DNA of 64,000 nucleotides from a virus. The stretch covers positions 32,001 through 96,000 of the IMG/VR virus record IMGVR_UViG_3300042691_021876, one strand, 5' to 3'. The notes below the pieces were generated by a model. That model did no database searches. It was given only the letters and a program-made list of their open reading frames with translations, and had not been told where the DNA came from. Below, piece after piece: positions 49,415 to 58,668 of the stretch. Made by a program: the position numbers and the translations under genes. How positions within the stretch are numbered: position 1 is the stretch's first letter; each line of letters starts with the position of its first letter.

Positions 49415-50287
49415 TTAAAATTCTACAGTAAACGCAAGTTGCTCATTTGAAACTACAACGTCTTTTGCACGGCTAAATGCTTTTGTAATTGCAACTTTAC
49501 CTGCATCATAAACAGCGGTTTTTTCTGGCTCAGATAATTTCTTGAAGGTACTTGGTTTAAAAATAGAACCGCTTTTAGTATCAAACACAACATTTACATA
49601 TTTAGTTTTTCCTGGCGCAGCTTCTTCAATGCCAATGTCTTTACCAGCTTTAGATTTTTGTAAGTCACTGTTTGCAGTTTTACCTACAGCGTCAACAAAA
49701 ATTGCTAATCCATTAACAAAATCAGTTATCTCATCAGCAGTTCCGTTAAAGTACGGAGCATTCACTGGTGAATAAACTGTGTAAGATTCACCCCAACCTG
49801 CTTCTGCATATTCACCGGGCTTTCTCATATCATAACGACCTGTTCTAATTCCGTTAGGAACTGCCATCACCGGTACTTTGCCACCTGTATACTGAATCCC
49901 TGCAGAATAACGAATATCACCATATTCTCCGAATCTCCATTGTGGTTTTCCACCAGCCAAAGATGCTTCTAATAATTGATCATCTGTAAGTTCTTCATTA
50001 AGCTCTTGTTCAGATAAAGTGATATTAAGTTCTTCAGACTCAAAAACAAGCAAATTTGTTTTAGGATCCCATGATGATTTAGGATATTTTGACTTAACTG
50101 CATCAATGATATCTTTAGCATCAGCAGGTGCGCTTACATAACAAGATGCATCATCTTTCCACTTTATAATGTTATAAAGTTCGTCATCAACTTTAGAAAG
50201 CAATTTTTGTACATCAAATTTTGTTCGTTCATTAAGATATTCGTTCTTTTCATTTACAAAAGATTCAAATGTTTTAAAATGTTTCAT
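49415..50287 (-). CDS. hypothetical protein with capsid-targeting-like N-terminus
   Basis: MKHFKTFESFVNE; late motif at 50311-50318. Confidence 0.7.
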   Translation of the reverse strand: MKHFKTFESFVNEKNEYLNERTKFDVQKLLSKVDDELYNIIKWKDDASCYVSAPADAKDIIDAVKSKYPKSSWDPKTNLLVFESEELNITLSEQELNEELTDDQLLEASLAGGKPQWRFGEYGDIRYSAGIQYTGGKVPVMAVPNGIRTGRYDMRKPGEYAEAGWGESYTVYSPVNAPYFNGTADEITDFVNGLAIFVDAVGKTANSDLQKSKAGKDIGIEEAAPGKTKYVNVVFDTKSGSIFKPSTFKKLSEPEKTAVYDAGKVAITKAFSRAKDVVVSNEQLAFTVEF

Positions 50288-50319
50288 TATCTTTACTTAT
50301 TTTTATAGACTATATATCT

Positions 50320-52161
50320 TTAGAATATCTCTGCGTAAGATAAAATTTTAACACCTTTAGATTGAGCTGTCTTAATCTTATTACTTAAATTATTTACGTC
50401 CTCAACAAATAAAACTTTTGCACTTGACATACCTACATGGTGATATCCTTTTTCTTTAGCAGCTTTAACAAATTCGTCCTTGGTTTTAAATCCTGCAGAT
50501 TTTGGAGAACCACTCATCTCAAACGGAATTGAGTCGGCGGCAACCTGCTCTGGAAGAATAATGTTTACGTATTTACTAACAGCGGTAACTATTTCTTCAT
50601 AACGTTTTCTTTTAGATCCACCTGGCTCAAACCCAGCAATTACATCCTTTTGTAATCCGTGGAATGAGTGTGGTAATCCTGTAAGGTAATTTTCTAATTG
50701 CTTAGCAACCGTATGACCCATGCCGTCAATACCCATACACAAGATTAATTTCATTGGATGAATATCCTTAATCTTGGAGATTTCCTTAAACATATTATCC
50801 ACAGTTTTACTGTCTTTAACACCATTTGCTATTAGGATTGCTTTATTAAATTTAGTAGGGTCAAGCAAATCTAATGGATTTCTAAAACCAGCTTCCCATA
50901 TAGAATTAATCATTGCACCACCTACACCATCAAGTCCTAATACATTAATACCAGTATGGAATTTATTTTGTGCTTTTGCAGAGCAGTCAGGATTAACACA
51001 AATTAAATGTACTTCCTGTACTTCTAGTTTTGCCCCACACTTACAGTCAACAGGATGATCCAAAACAGTATTTGGTGATGGCGTAATAACTCGTAAGATT
51101 TGTGGAATAATATCACCGGCCTTAGCGATTGCTACAGTTGCCCCAACCATTGCACCAGATCCTTTAATAAATCCGATGTTGAATAGAGATGCTCGAGAAA
51201 CCATTGAACCGTCAAGATCCACAGGTTCCATTATTGCAACTGGAGTAACTCTTCCAGTTTTACCCCACTGCCACGAGATATCTACGATTTTTGTTATAGC
51301 CTCCTTAGGTGGAAATTTAATTGCGATTGCCCAATTAGGATCATGTGAATTTTCACCAAGTTTGGCACGAAACTCAACAGGAGCCTTGATAACGAATCCA
51401 TCGAGCTGGTAATCTGAAATAGTTTCACGGTAATTTTTCATTACACCGTAAACATGATTAAAGTTATTTGGACCTAACTCAAAATCTATAAATGTAGAAC
51501 GGTGTAGTAATCCAGAAATATCATTTGGATTAAGATATGTAATATCACTGTCAATTTGCTGGCGAGCTTCAACAGCAATAAAATCCATTTCACTAATAGT
51601 TTCTGGTGAATTATCATCACGGTTTAAAACGCCGGCAACAAAGTTACGGGGATTTTTAAAATCATTTGCATATTTAGTGTTAAACGTTGACATTTTGATG
51701 CAAACTTCACCGCGTATTTCTACGGTACCTTCTTGAGATATTGTTTCAGGAACATTATGTTTTACTTTGTCAGTAATATCACGCCCTTTAGTTCCATTAC
51801 CTCGAGAAAGGATTTGAACAAGTTTTCCGTTTGAGTAGATTACGTTTGCAGCGTTTCCGTCAAATTTTGGAGTTGCTTCAAAAAAACGAGCTCCAGTATT
51901 TACCATCCAACGGTTTGCAGATTCAGTAGGAGGTGTACCGTCAGCGGCAGCTTGGTATTTTCCTAATGATAACATTGGAGATGGGTGAGAATATTTTGCC
52001 TTACGATCATCAGCACCTACAATGTAAGGAGCGTCGGAACCCATATTAATTAGTTCCTGTTCCATACGGTCAAATTCATCGTCAGACATAATAGGTTCAC
52101 CAAGATAATAAGATTCCTTGGCTTGAAAATAAAGCTGTTCTAAGTCAAAGCGTTGGTTCAT
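50320..52161 (-). CDS. ligA: NAD+-dependent DNA ligase
   Basis: YY.GEPIMSDDEFD, PKFDG, SRGNG..G.DIT, EIRGE, NPRNFVAG, DGFVIK, WAIAIKF, AGDIIPQI, Zn finger, BRCT-like tail. Confidence 0.93.
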   Translation of the reverse strand: MNQRFDLEQLYFQAKESYYLGEPIMSDDEFDRMEQELINMGSDAPYIVGADDRKAKYSHPSPMLSLGKYQAAADGTPPTESANRWMVNTGARFFEATPKFDGNAANVIYSNGKLVQILSRGNGTKGRDITDKVKHNVPETISQEGTVEIRGEVCIKMSTFNTKYANDFKNPRNFVAGVLNRDDNSPETISEMDFIAVEARQQIDSDITYLNPNDISGLLHRSTFIDFELGPNNFNHVYGVMKNYRETISDYQLDGFVIKAPVEFRAKLGENSHDPNWAIAIKFPPKEAITKIVDISWQWGKTGRVTPVAIMEPVDLDGSMVSRASLFNIGFIKGSGAMVGATVAIAKAGDIIPQILRVITPSPNTVLDHPVDCKCGAKLEVQEVHLICVNPDCSAKAQNKFHTGINVLGLDGVGGAMINSIWEAGFRNPLDLLDPTKFNKAILIANGVKDSKTVDNMFKEISKIKDIHPMKLILCMGIDGMGHTVAKQLENYLTGLPHSFHGLQKDVIAGFEPGGSKRKRYEEIVTAVSKYVNIILPEQVAADSIPFEMSGSPKSAGFKTKDEFVKAAKEKGYHHVGMSSAKVLFVEDVNNLSNKIKTAQSKGVKILSYAEIF

Positions 52162-52180
52162 ATAGTTTTTATTTATAGAG

Positions 52181-52237
52181 CAAAATTAACCAAAAAATCC
52201 CACAAATAAAAATTTATGGGACTAAAGTTATTAACAA
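52181..52237 (-). promoter_or_regulatory. early-type promoter (TTGTTAATAAC box, TAATTTTG)
   Basis: exact TAnnTTTG element at conserved spacing from the box. Confidence 0.7.
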
Positions 52238-52243
52238 TTTTAC

Positions 52244-52897
52244 TTAAAGCTCTATTGCATCTTTTATCTTTTGTAGTTCTGCACACTTTTCATATTCCTC
52301 AGTTTCAAGTAATACGTCAATCATTTGCTGTAACATTAAAAATTTTTCATCATTTGATTTGATACGTACGATTGTCATATCATCTTCATAGATAATGTTG
52401 CTATCATTTTTTATTTCATGTGTAGTTAAGTATTGATATGCTTTCTTAAAGAAATCTTTAATGTTTTCATCAATGTTTCCTGACGGCGTGTATGTCCATT
52501 CTTCTTTTACGAATCCTGAATTATCTAGAGTTCCTGGTGCATTATAAACTCGATTATAAGCAAGAGCAGATTGCAATGCTGATAAGAATCCCGTTTCAAC
52601 TTGGTCTGCAGTATATCTTAAATCACTTTCTTCCATCAAGTCCCATTCATCAGGCATCTGCTGTGGTGGAACTACAAGAACTGTTCCGTACATTGCAACA
52701 TCAAAGAAGAAAGATGCCACCTTGTTAAGTGGCTCTCCGCTTTCTTTTGATTTTTCTCTGTACATAACCCAAATAGGGCCAATCTTAATTGGTTCTATCC
52801 AACCTTCAACATTATCATTTAGTTCATCAAGATTAAATTTTCTTGATGCTGGTTGGATTACCCTAACGATTGCGTCTGATGTTATCTTTACTGCCAT
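52244..52897 (-). CDS. hypothetical protein with C-terminal UVR-like motif
   Basis: LDEL...VEGWIE N-terminus; EEYEKCAELQK C-terminus. Confidence 0.6.
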   Translation of the reverse strand: MAVKITSDAIVRVIQPASRKFNLDELNDNVEGWIEPIKIGPIWVMYREKSKESGEPLNKVASFFFDVAMYGTVLVVPPQQMPDEWDLMEESDLRYTADQVETGFLSALQSALAYNRVYNAPGTLDNSGFVKEEWTYTPSGNIDENIKDFFKKAYQYLTTHEIKNDSNIIYEDDMTIVRIKSNDEKFLMLQQMIDVLLETEEYEKCAELQKIKDAIEL

Positions 52898-52900
52898 ATC

Positions 52901-54742
52901 TTAACCTTCACAAGATACACAATCAGGATCTGTTGCTCTTGCGGCAATATCACCACGAAGCACTGATTCTGTTCTCATGTAATATAATGTTTTAACTCCT
53001 TGTTTCCAAGCCTCCATATGAACCGCGTTAATCCATTTAGGTTCTGCGGTAGATGGGAATGCAAGATTTAATGAAACTGCTTGGTCAACATATTGCTGAC
53101 GAACACCTGCTTGTTTTACTAAGTCTAATTGGTTAATTTCTTTAAACGTTTTAAATACATCTTTAACAGAATACAATTCGTCTGGCATAATTTTACGTTC
53201 GGCTAAACTATCTTTAGTAAGATCTAATTCTATTAGCTTTCCATTATGAAACCACCATTCATCAAGAAAATCTAATCCTTGTACTGAACCGCCGTCTGTT
53301 AAGATTTGGTCCCAAGTTTCTTTATTGTTCTTTCCTATTTTCTTTAATACCTTTTCAAGCTCAAAGTTTTTACGAATGAATGTGCCTTTTGCGGTTTGCT
53401 CTGTAAATACATTAGCCGCCCAAGGTTCTGCGCCTGAAGAAACATTACCACTTAATTTAGAATTAGAAACCGTAGGTGCTACTGCTCTTAAGTGTGTATT
53501 TCTAAATCCTGTATCTCTACACCATAGTGGTTCTCCAAATTCCGCAGCAAGATCACGAGAAGCTCTTTCACTTTCAATTTTCATTTGAGAAAAAATCTTA
53601 CGAGTTTCAAATTGTGCTTGAAGGCCTTCAAACGGTAATCCTTTTTGTTGTAAGTAAGTATGCCAACCAAGGATTCCTAATCCAAGTGCTCTACCTTTTT
53701 CTGCGGAACGTACAGAATTTTCAAATCCTCTAAGTCCTTTTGCTTTTTGTATAAATTCTTCAAGTACTCCATCTAAAAATATAGTTGACGTATAGATTAA
53801 ATCTGTATCTCTCCATTCATCATATTTTGCAAGATTAAGAGAACTTAAACAACAAACAAATGAGTGTGATTCATCAGTATGTAAAACAATTTCTGAACAG
53901 ATGTTAGTCATAAATACTTTTAATCCATTCTTTTTATATGCTTCAGGGTTTTGATTATTTACATTTCCTTTATACATAATGTACGGTTCGCCAGTACCTT
54001 TACGTTTTTGTAATAACTTACCCCATTTACGTCTTGCCTCAGGATCTCCGTCTTGAAGTTTTCTCATAAACTTATTTCCAACTATTGCGCATTGGTGTAG
54101 GTTTAATGATTGACGATTAACATCTCCTTTAGGTTCTCTAATTTCCAGCCATTCCTCAAAGTCTTTATGTTCAATACTCATATTTACAGAAGCAGCACCT
54201 CGACGAACAGAACCTTGATTTGTTGCAAGAATGGTTGAGTCATAAATTTTACAGAATGGCACTACACCATCTGATGTTCCATTACCTGTAATCTTAGCAC
54301 CTGCTGGGCGAATTTGATTAATTCCAATGCCAACACCGCCTCCATGTTTTGCAAGAAGCATAAGTTCAAGATTCTTATTTCCAATTTCATAAATAGAATC
54401 CCCAACATCAATACCAAAACATGAGATTGGTAAACCGCGGTCAGACCCTGTATTGGAAAGAACTGGTGTTGCTAAACATAACCACCCTTTCCAAATATAA
54501 TCAAAAAACTTTGAAGCTAATTGAGGTTTACCTAACCTACGAGCAACAGTTGTACATACTCTCCAATAAGCATCTTTTGGTTTTTCTCCAGGTAAAAGAT
54601 AGCCTTTACTTATTGTCTTAACATAAATTTCTGTGTTACCCCACATTGGGTAATCTACGCCAAGTTCCCAGCCTAATGCTGCGCCGTGATGTGTACCTTT
54701 GATTGGTTCTTTTGGAACTTCAGATGTCTCTTCTCTAAACAT
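52901..54742 (-). CDS. nrdA: ribonucleotide reductase class Ia alpha subunit
   Basis: LATPVLSN, PISCF, GGGVG, TNICSEI, VCCLSS, APTVSNS, KTLYY, C-terminal CVSCEG. Confidence 0.95.
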   Translation of the reverse strand: MFREETSEVPKEPIKGTHHGAALGWELGVDYPMWGNTEIYVKTISKGYLLPGEKPKDAYWRVCTTVARRLGKPQLASKFFDYIWKGWLCLATPVLSNTGSDRGLPISCFGIDVGDSIYEIGNKNLELMLLAKHGGGVGIGINQIRPAGAKITGNGTSDGVVPFCKIYDSTILATNQGSVRRGAASVNMSIEHKDFEEWLEIREPKGDVNRQSLNLHQCAIVGNKFMRKLQDGDPEARRKWGKLLQKRKGTGEPYIMYKGNVNNQNPEAYKKNGLKVFMTNICSEIVLHTDESHSFVCCLSSLNLAKYDEWRDTDLIYTSTIFLDGVLEEFIQKAKGLRGFENSVRSAEKGRALGLGILGWHTYLQQKGLPFEGLQAQFETRKIFSQMKIESERASRDLAAEFGEPLWCRDTGFRNTHLRAVAPTVSNSKLSGNVSSGAEPWAANVFTEQTAKGTFIRKNFELEKVLKKIGKNNKETWDQILTDGGSVQGLDFLDEWWFHNGKLIELDLTKDSLAERKIMPDELYSVKDVFKTFKEINQLDLVKQAGVRQQYVDQAVSLNLAFPSTAEPKWINAVHMEAWKQGVKTLYYMRTESVLRGDIAARATDPDCVSCEG

Positions 54743-54765
54743 TTAATTTGATATTTTTAATTTGA

Positions 54766-55785
54766 TTAAAACCAGCTATCTGCGTCCCAATTCTCACCTT
54801 CATTTGGTTTTGAATAATCTGTACTTCGGATTGCAAAGAAATCCGTATGAGTAGTTCCGCCTGTTAAATGATAGAACCAATCAAGTTTTTCAGCTTTCTT
54901 TTTATTATACTCAAAGTACTTATCACCACCTGGAATTGCATTATAGCCAAGTTCTGCTAGTTTTTCGTTTGTTCTTTGTTTAATAAATTCTTTTAAGTCA
55001 GATGCTTTAAGGTTTTCAAGATCACCCATTTCAAACATCTTATCAATAAAATTGCATTCAAGTTGCACAATTAATTCTGCAGCTTGTGCAATATCTCCAG
55101 CACATTCTTCAAGAAGTTCTGGGTATTCTTCACACATATGACGGAATAATTGACATCCCATTTTAGAATGTAAAGATTCATCACGTACTGACCATTTCAT
55201 TTGCTGCCCGATACCTTTTAATAGATCTCTCATTTGAAAACTATATAACACCGCAAAAGATGAATAAAGAGAAACACCTTCAGCAAAAGCTGAAAAGATT
55301 GCCAAAGAACGCCCTACTTCTCGTCTTGCTTGTGGATTATTCTTTAATTGTTTTGGAGTCCAATCTGCAGATGTACTTGTTAGTAACTCAAATTTTTCTT
55401 TGGTAGCAGGTTCATGCAAAAATGCTTCAAAATTATCAAGTCCTAATGTTTCATTAAGATATGAATATGCAGTTGCATGAATAGTTTCTTGTGATCCAAA
55501 CATCATTGCCATTTGACGTATCTCATGTTTAGGAAACCACTTGGTAACCATACCTGTCCAATAGTCGGATACGGCACATTCTGTTTGTGCAAAACCTAAA
55601 AGGATGTTTCCAACTAAATGTTTTTCTGATGGGGTTAATTTTTCGCTCCAATCTTTTACATCACTTTGCATTGCAATTTCTGTATGCAACCAAAATGCTT
55701 GCGCTTGTGGCAACCAGCCTTCGGTATAATAGACCGGGTATTCAAAAGGCTTATACGGTATCCTTTCAGTAAATAGTTTGCTCAT
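54766..55785 (-). CDS. nrdB: ribonucleotide reductase class Ia beta subunit
   Basis: FW...E, ETIHA..YS, EGVSLYSSF, RDESLH, DFFA...TDY. Confidence 0.95.
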   Translation of the reverse strand: MSKLFTERIPYKPFEYPVYYTEGWLPQAQAFWLHTEIAMQSDVKDWSEKLTPSEKHLVGNILLGFAQTECAVSDYWTGMVTKWFPKHEIRQMAMMFGSQETIHATAYSYLNETLGLDNFEAFLHEPATKEKFELLTSTSADWTPKQLKNNPQARREVGRSLAIFSAFAEGVSLYSSFAVLYSFQMRDLLKGIGQQMKWSVRDESLHSKMGCQLFRHMCEEYPELLEECAGDIAQAAELIVQLECNFIDKMFEMGDLENLKASDLKEFIKQRTNEKLAELGYNAIPGGDKYFEYNKKKAEKLDWFYHLTGGTTHTDFFAIRSTDYSKPNEGENWDADSWF

Positions 55786-55794
55786 AATTTATGT

Positions 55795-57183
55795 TTACTT
55801 TATATATTCTTTAAGTTGCTCTATCTCATCTTCAATCGCCATGTAAGCTCCTTTGGCAACTTTTCTTTGCGCATAGTAATCAGCTAAGATAGAACGGAAT
55901 ACCGAATCTTCATCATTTCGGAATAAAGCACCTGATGAACATTTTAGATATTTTTCTTTATCGTATTCTTCACCTGGAGCAACATTACCGACGTATGATT
56001 CTGGTGATATGTTCCACTGCCTCATAACAGATGGATATAGGGAAGCAAAGTCAAATGCAGCTACCCATTCATACAGTCCAGTGATAGGATCCACAACAAA
56101 TGCACCTTCGTATGCTTCACGTTTTTTAGTTTGCTTTTCAGTTCTTGGGAATACTCGACCTCGTCGATAATTTTCTCGGGTCATTGCAGCTTCTGCCATC
56201 CAGATTGGTGAATAAGCACGGTTAGCCTCAACTCGCGTAATACCTCCTAATGATAAGAACGTTTCCATTGTGTTAAGTTTCTTGTCTATAAGTTCTACAA
56301 GAATTGTATCTACTGCATTATAGTATATGTATGTTTCATAATCGTTTTCATACATTTCCTGAATAGTTCCGTTATACTTAACTTTCTGTATCCCTAAGGC
56401 TGCTTTAGCAACATAATCCAGTGTGTTGTTTTCTTTTATATCGATTACCCTATCCCATTTTTTGTATACATCTAAATAATCGACTACTAGACGGTGCATA
56501 GGTAATTGGATATCTCCAATAAGTTTTTGTGATGGAGAGCAAGGACTTGGGTCAATGTTTAAACGTTTACAGCGATTAATAAGATAAGTCCAGTCATACC
56601 CAATAAAATTCCAACCTGTAAGAAGTGGCATTTTAAGAATAGCTTTGTAAAAGAAACTTACAAGCATATCATATTCAGTTTCAAATTTTAGATAGTTATA
56701 TTCTATCTCTTCTTGAATATGATCTTTAAAGTGCTCTTTCATTCTTTTCTTAATATTCATAATCTGCGCCGCGGTTAAAGGTTTAACTCCAAGCGTGATT
56801 ACTTTATTATCACTGCAGAATGTAATTGCTGTTACTGGTGTTTTGGCAGTTTCAGGTTTTGGCCATTCGTCGCCAACAAATGTTTCAATATCAAGAAACC
56901 ATTTCTTAGGTCTATGTGACGAAAAGATATTTTGAGTTGCAGACGGAGGCAAGGATAATAAAAATTCTTCAATCCGCCACTTACTCAAGTATCGAGATCG
57001 TTTCTTTTTTACTTGTTTTCCATCCCAAGACAGAACACCCGGAAAGGGCTTCTCTCCGGGCTGTAAGTACTCCCATTCAAACATTTGGTCAGGCGGTATC
57101 ATTATTCGCTCAATAGCAATTTCACCGCGTTCATTAAAGTATGATATCTTTAACGAACCATCATACTGTTCAATATCAATCAT
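55795..57183 (-). CDS. B-family DNA polymerase, N-terminal subunit (3'-5' exonuclease plus motif A)
   Basis: ExoI LDIET, ExoII GWN..GYD, ExoIII YNAVD, YEGAFV, FDFASLYPS...NISPE; ends in the fingers helix. Confidence 0.92.
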   Translation of the reverse strand: MIDIEQYDGSLKISYFNERGEIAIERIMIPPDQMFEWEYLQPGEKPFPGVLSWDGKQVKKKRSRYLSKWRIEEFLLSLPPSATQNIFSSHRPKKWFLDIETFVGDEWPKPETAKTPVTAITFCSDNKVITLGVKPLTAAQIMNIKKRMKEHFKDHIQEEIEYNYLKFETEYDMLVSFFYKAILKMPLLTGWNFIGYDWTYLINRCKRLNIDPSPCSPSQKLIGDIQLPMHRLVVDYLDVYKKWDRVIDIKENNTLDYVAKAALGIQKVKYNGTIQEMYENDYETYIYYNAVDTILVELIDKKLNTMETFLSLGGITRVEANRAYSPIWMAEAAMTRENYRRGRVFPRTEKQTKKREAYEGAFVVDPITGLYEWVAAFDFASLYPSVMRQWNISPESYVGNVAPGEEYDKEKYLKCSSGALFRNDEDSVFRSILADYYAQRKVAKGAYMAIEDEIEQLKEYIK

Positions 57184-57689
57184 TAGTATCCTCGTTTTTG
57201 ACGGTCTCTATTCTCTTGATTTTTACACATGTACATATTATACATTTCAGCCGATGTCATTCCAATTGATGCAGCATAATTCATAAAGAAGTGTAGCATG
57301 TCAACGATTTCAAATTTACATTCAATTTTATCGTCTTCAGATAGATCACTGAATTTCATATCAGCGTATTTAGGATAGTCTTTTTTCCAGCGTTTCCAAA
57401 TTGCATTACCGCCATTGCTTATTCCGCCAAGTGCATCGGTTGCTTCATGAATTTCATCAATGATTGCGTGTGTATTCATTGCCCAGAAATCCATTACCTG
57501 TCGTAAAGACATATTCTCAAAATCATATCCGTAAACATTTTTTTGAGTTTCAGCTTGTAGATTTAAGATATCACCTAATGTATCAGGGCCTGTTGGTAAA
57601 CCATCTTTAATATTAACAGGATTTGTAATTGCCTTTATCCATAAATCTTCTATGTTTAAATTTGCACAGGAATTGTCTATGTTTGCCAT
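57183..57689 (-). CDS. dimeric dUTPase / MazG-like nucleotide pyrophosphatase (T4 gp56-like)
   Basis: DEIHE, WKRWK, EIVDMLHFF, KNQENRDRQKRGY. Confidence 0.8.
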   Translation of the reverse strand: MANIDNSCANLNIEDLWIKAITNPVNIKDGLPTGPDTLGDILNLQAETQKNVYGYDFENMSLRQVMDFWAMNTHAIIDEIHEATDALGGISNGGNAIWKRWKKDYPKYADMKFSDLSEDDKIECKFEIVDMLHFFMNYAASIGMTSAEMYNMYMCKNQENRDRQKRGY

Positions 57690-57895
57690 TAGTTAAGTTA
57701 TTTAGTTTTAATTGATAGTTATATTCAATACAATTATATTGGTTCTTTAAAAATAATTCTTAGTTTCAAGAACTATTTAAAAACTGTGTATAAAACCTAT
57801 ATCTTAACGGTTGGAAGTAGACTACAAACTAAGACAACAAATGGAACTTAATGTAGTTCCATGTAAATTCTCAGATAAAAGAAGAAGACTTAGTC

Positions 57896-58666
57896 TTACC
57901 CTAATTTAATTAAAACAAATATTACAACTTCTGCTGCACCGCAGTCTGAAAGTTGTTTTAACATTTCCTTAATTGTTGTTCCACTTGTTTTATAATCATC
58001 AACAAGTATTACTTTTTTACCTTCAACTGCATTAAACAGTTTTCTATCTTCAGATTTATTAAACTTGATAAAATCATGAAAGAATTTTCTATACGCAGAA
58101 AATATTTCTTTTATCTTGAAAGGCTTATCGGGGGCTGTTGCTTTCTCAAAAGATTTCATTACACTTTTATAAGTTTTCTCTGGTAAGTTATTAACTTTAT
58201 TCATATCTAGTGTAATGTCAGTAGAAGCATTTTTAACAAACGCTTCAGAAAATAAATTAGCAACTCCGCTTTTCTTTTGTAATTGGTTTACAACTTCTGT
58301 AAGAATTAAAGAAGAACTTGTGGGAGAAACTATAGTGTCAAATTTGTTAGCACCAAAAACATTGTCAAAGCCCATTACCGCTTTATTTACAAGTTGGGAT
58401 ACATCTCTGGGTTTTATGTTATCATCAAGAGTTTTCAAACTTTTCATAAAATCTGTTGAGAAATCTGACTTTAACATTTCATATGCGTAATAATACGTAT
58501 ATGTAGTTTCACTACCTTCAAACTTTAGTGTTTTACCTCGGTACTTTTTAAATTGTAAGGGCATAACATCATCAGGCATGTCAGCAAGCCAGTCAAACTC
58601 AAATGTGTCACCAACCTTTTTAACGCCTTCTTTAACGTATGATTCAAATGTTTTTATGTATTTCAA
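57896..58666 (-). CDS. type I phosphoribosyltransferase-fold protein with capsid-targeting-like N-terminus
   Basis: MKYIKTFESYVKE (TTG start); PRPP-binding loop VILVDDYKTSGTT. Confidence 0.75.
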   Translation of the reverse strand: MKYIKTFESYVKEGVKKVGDTFEFDWLADMPDDVMPLQFKKYRGKTLKFEGSETTYTYYYAYEMLKSDFSTDFMKSLKTLDDNIKPRDVSQLVNKAVMGFDNVFGANKFDTIVSPTSSSLILTEVVNQLQKKSGVANLFSEAFVKNASTDITLDMNKVNNLPEKTYKSVMKSFEKATAPDKPFKIKEIFSAYRKFFHDFIKFNKSEDRKLFNAVEGKKVILVDDYKTSGTTIKEMLKQLSDCGAAEVVIFVLIKLG

Positions 58667-58668
58667 AA

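Noticed and set aside
42605-57183. Split intein joining the polymerase halves
   Set aside because: No Cys/Ser-initiated intein N block after the fingers helix and no His-Asn plus nucleophile junction in the C-half
57183-58666. Hypermodified-base pathway suggested by the dUTPase-like, PRTase and kinase genes
   Set aside because: No base-modifying enzyme (hydroxymethylase, PurZ, queuosine pathway, glycosyltransferase) is visible in the window
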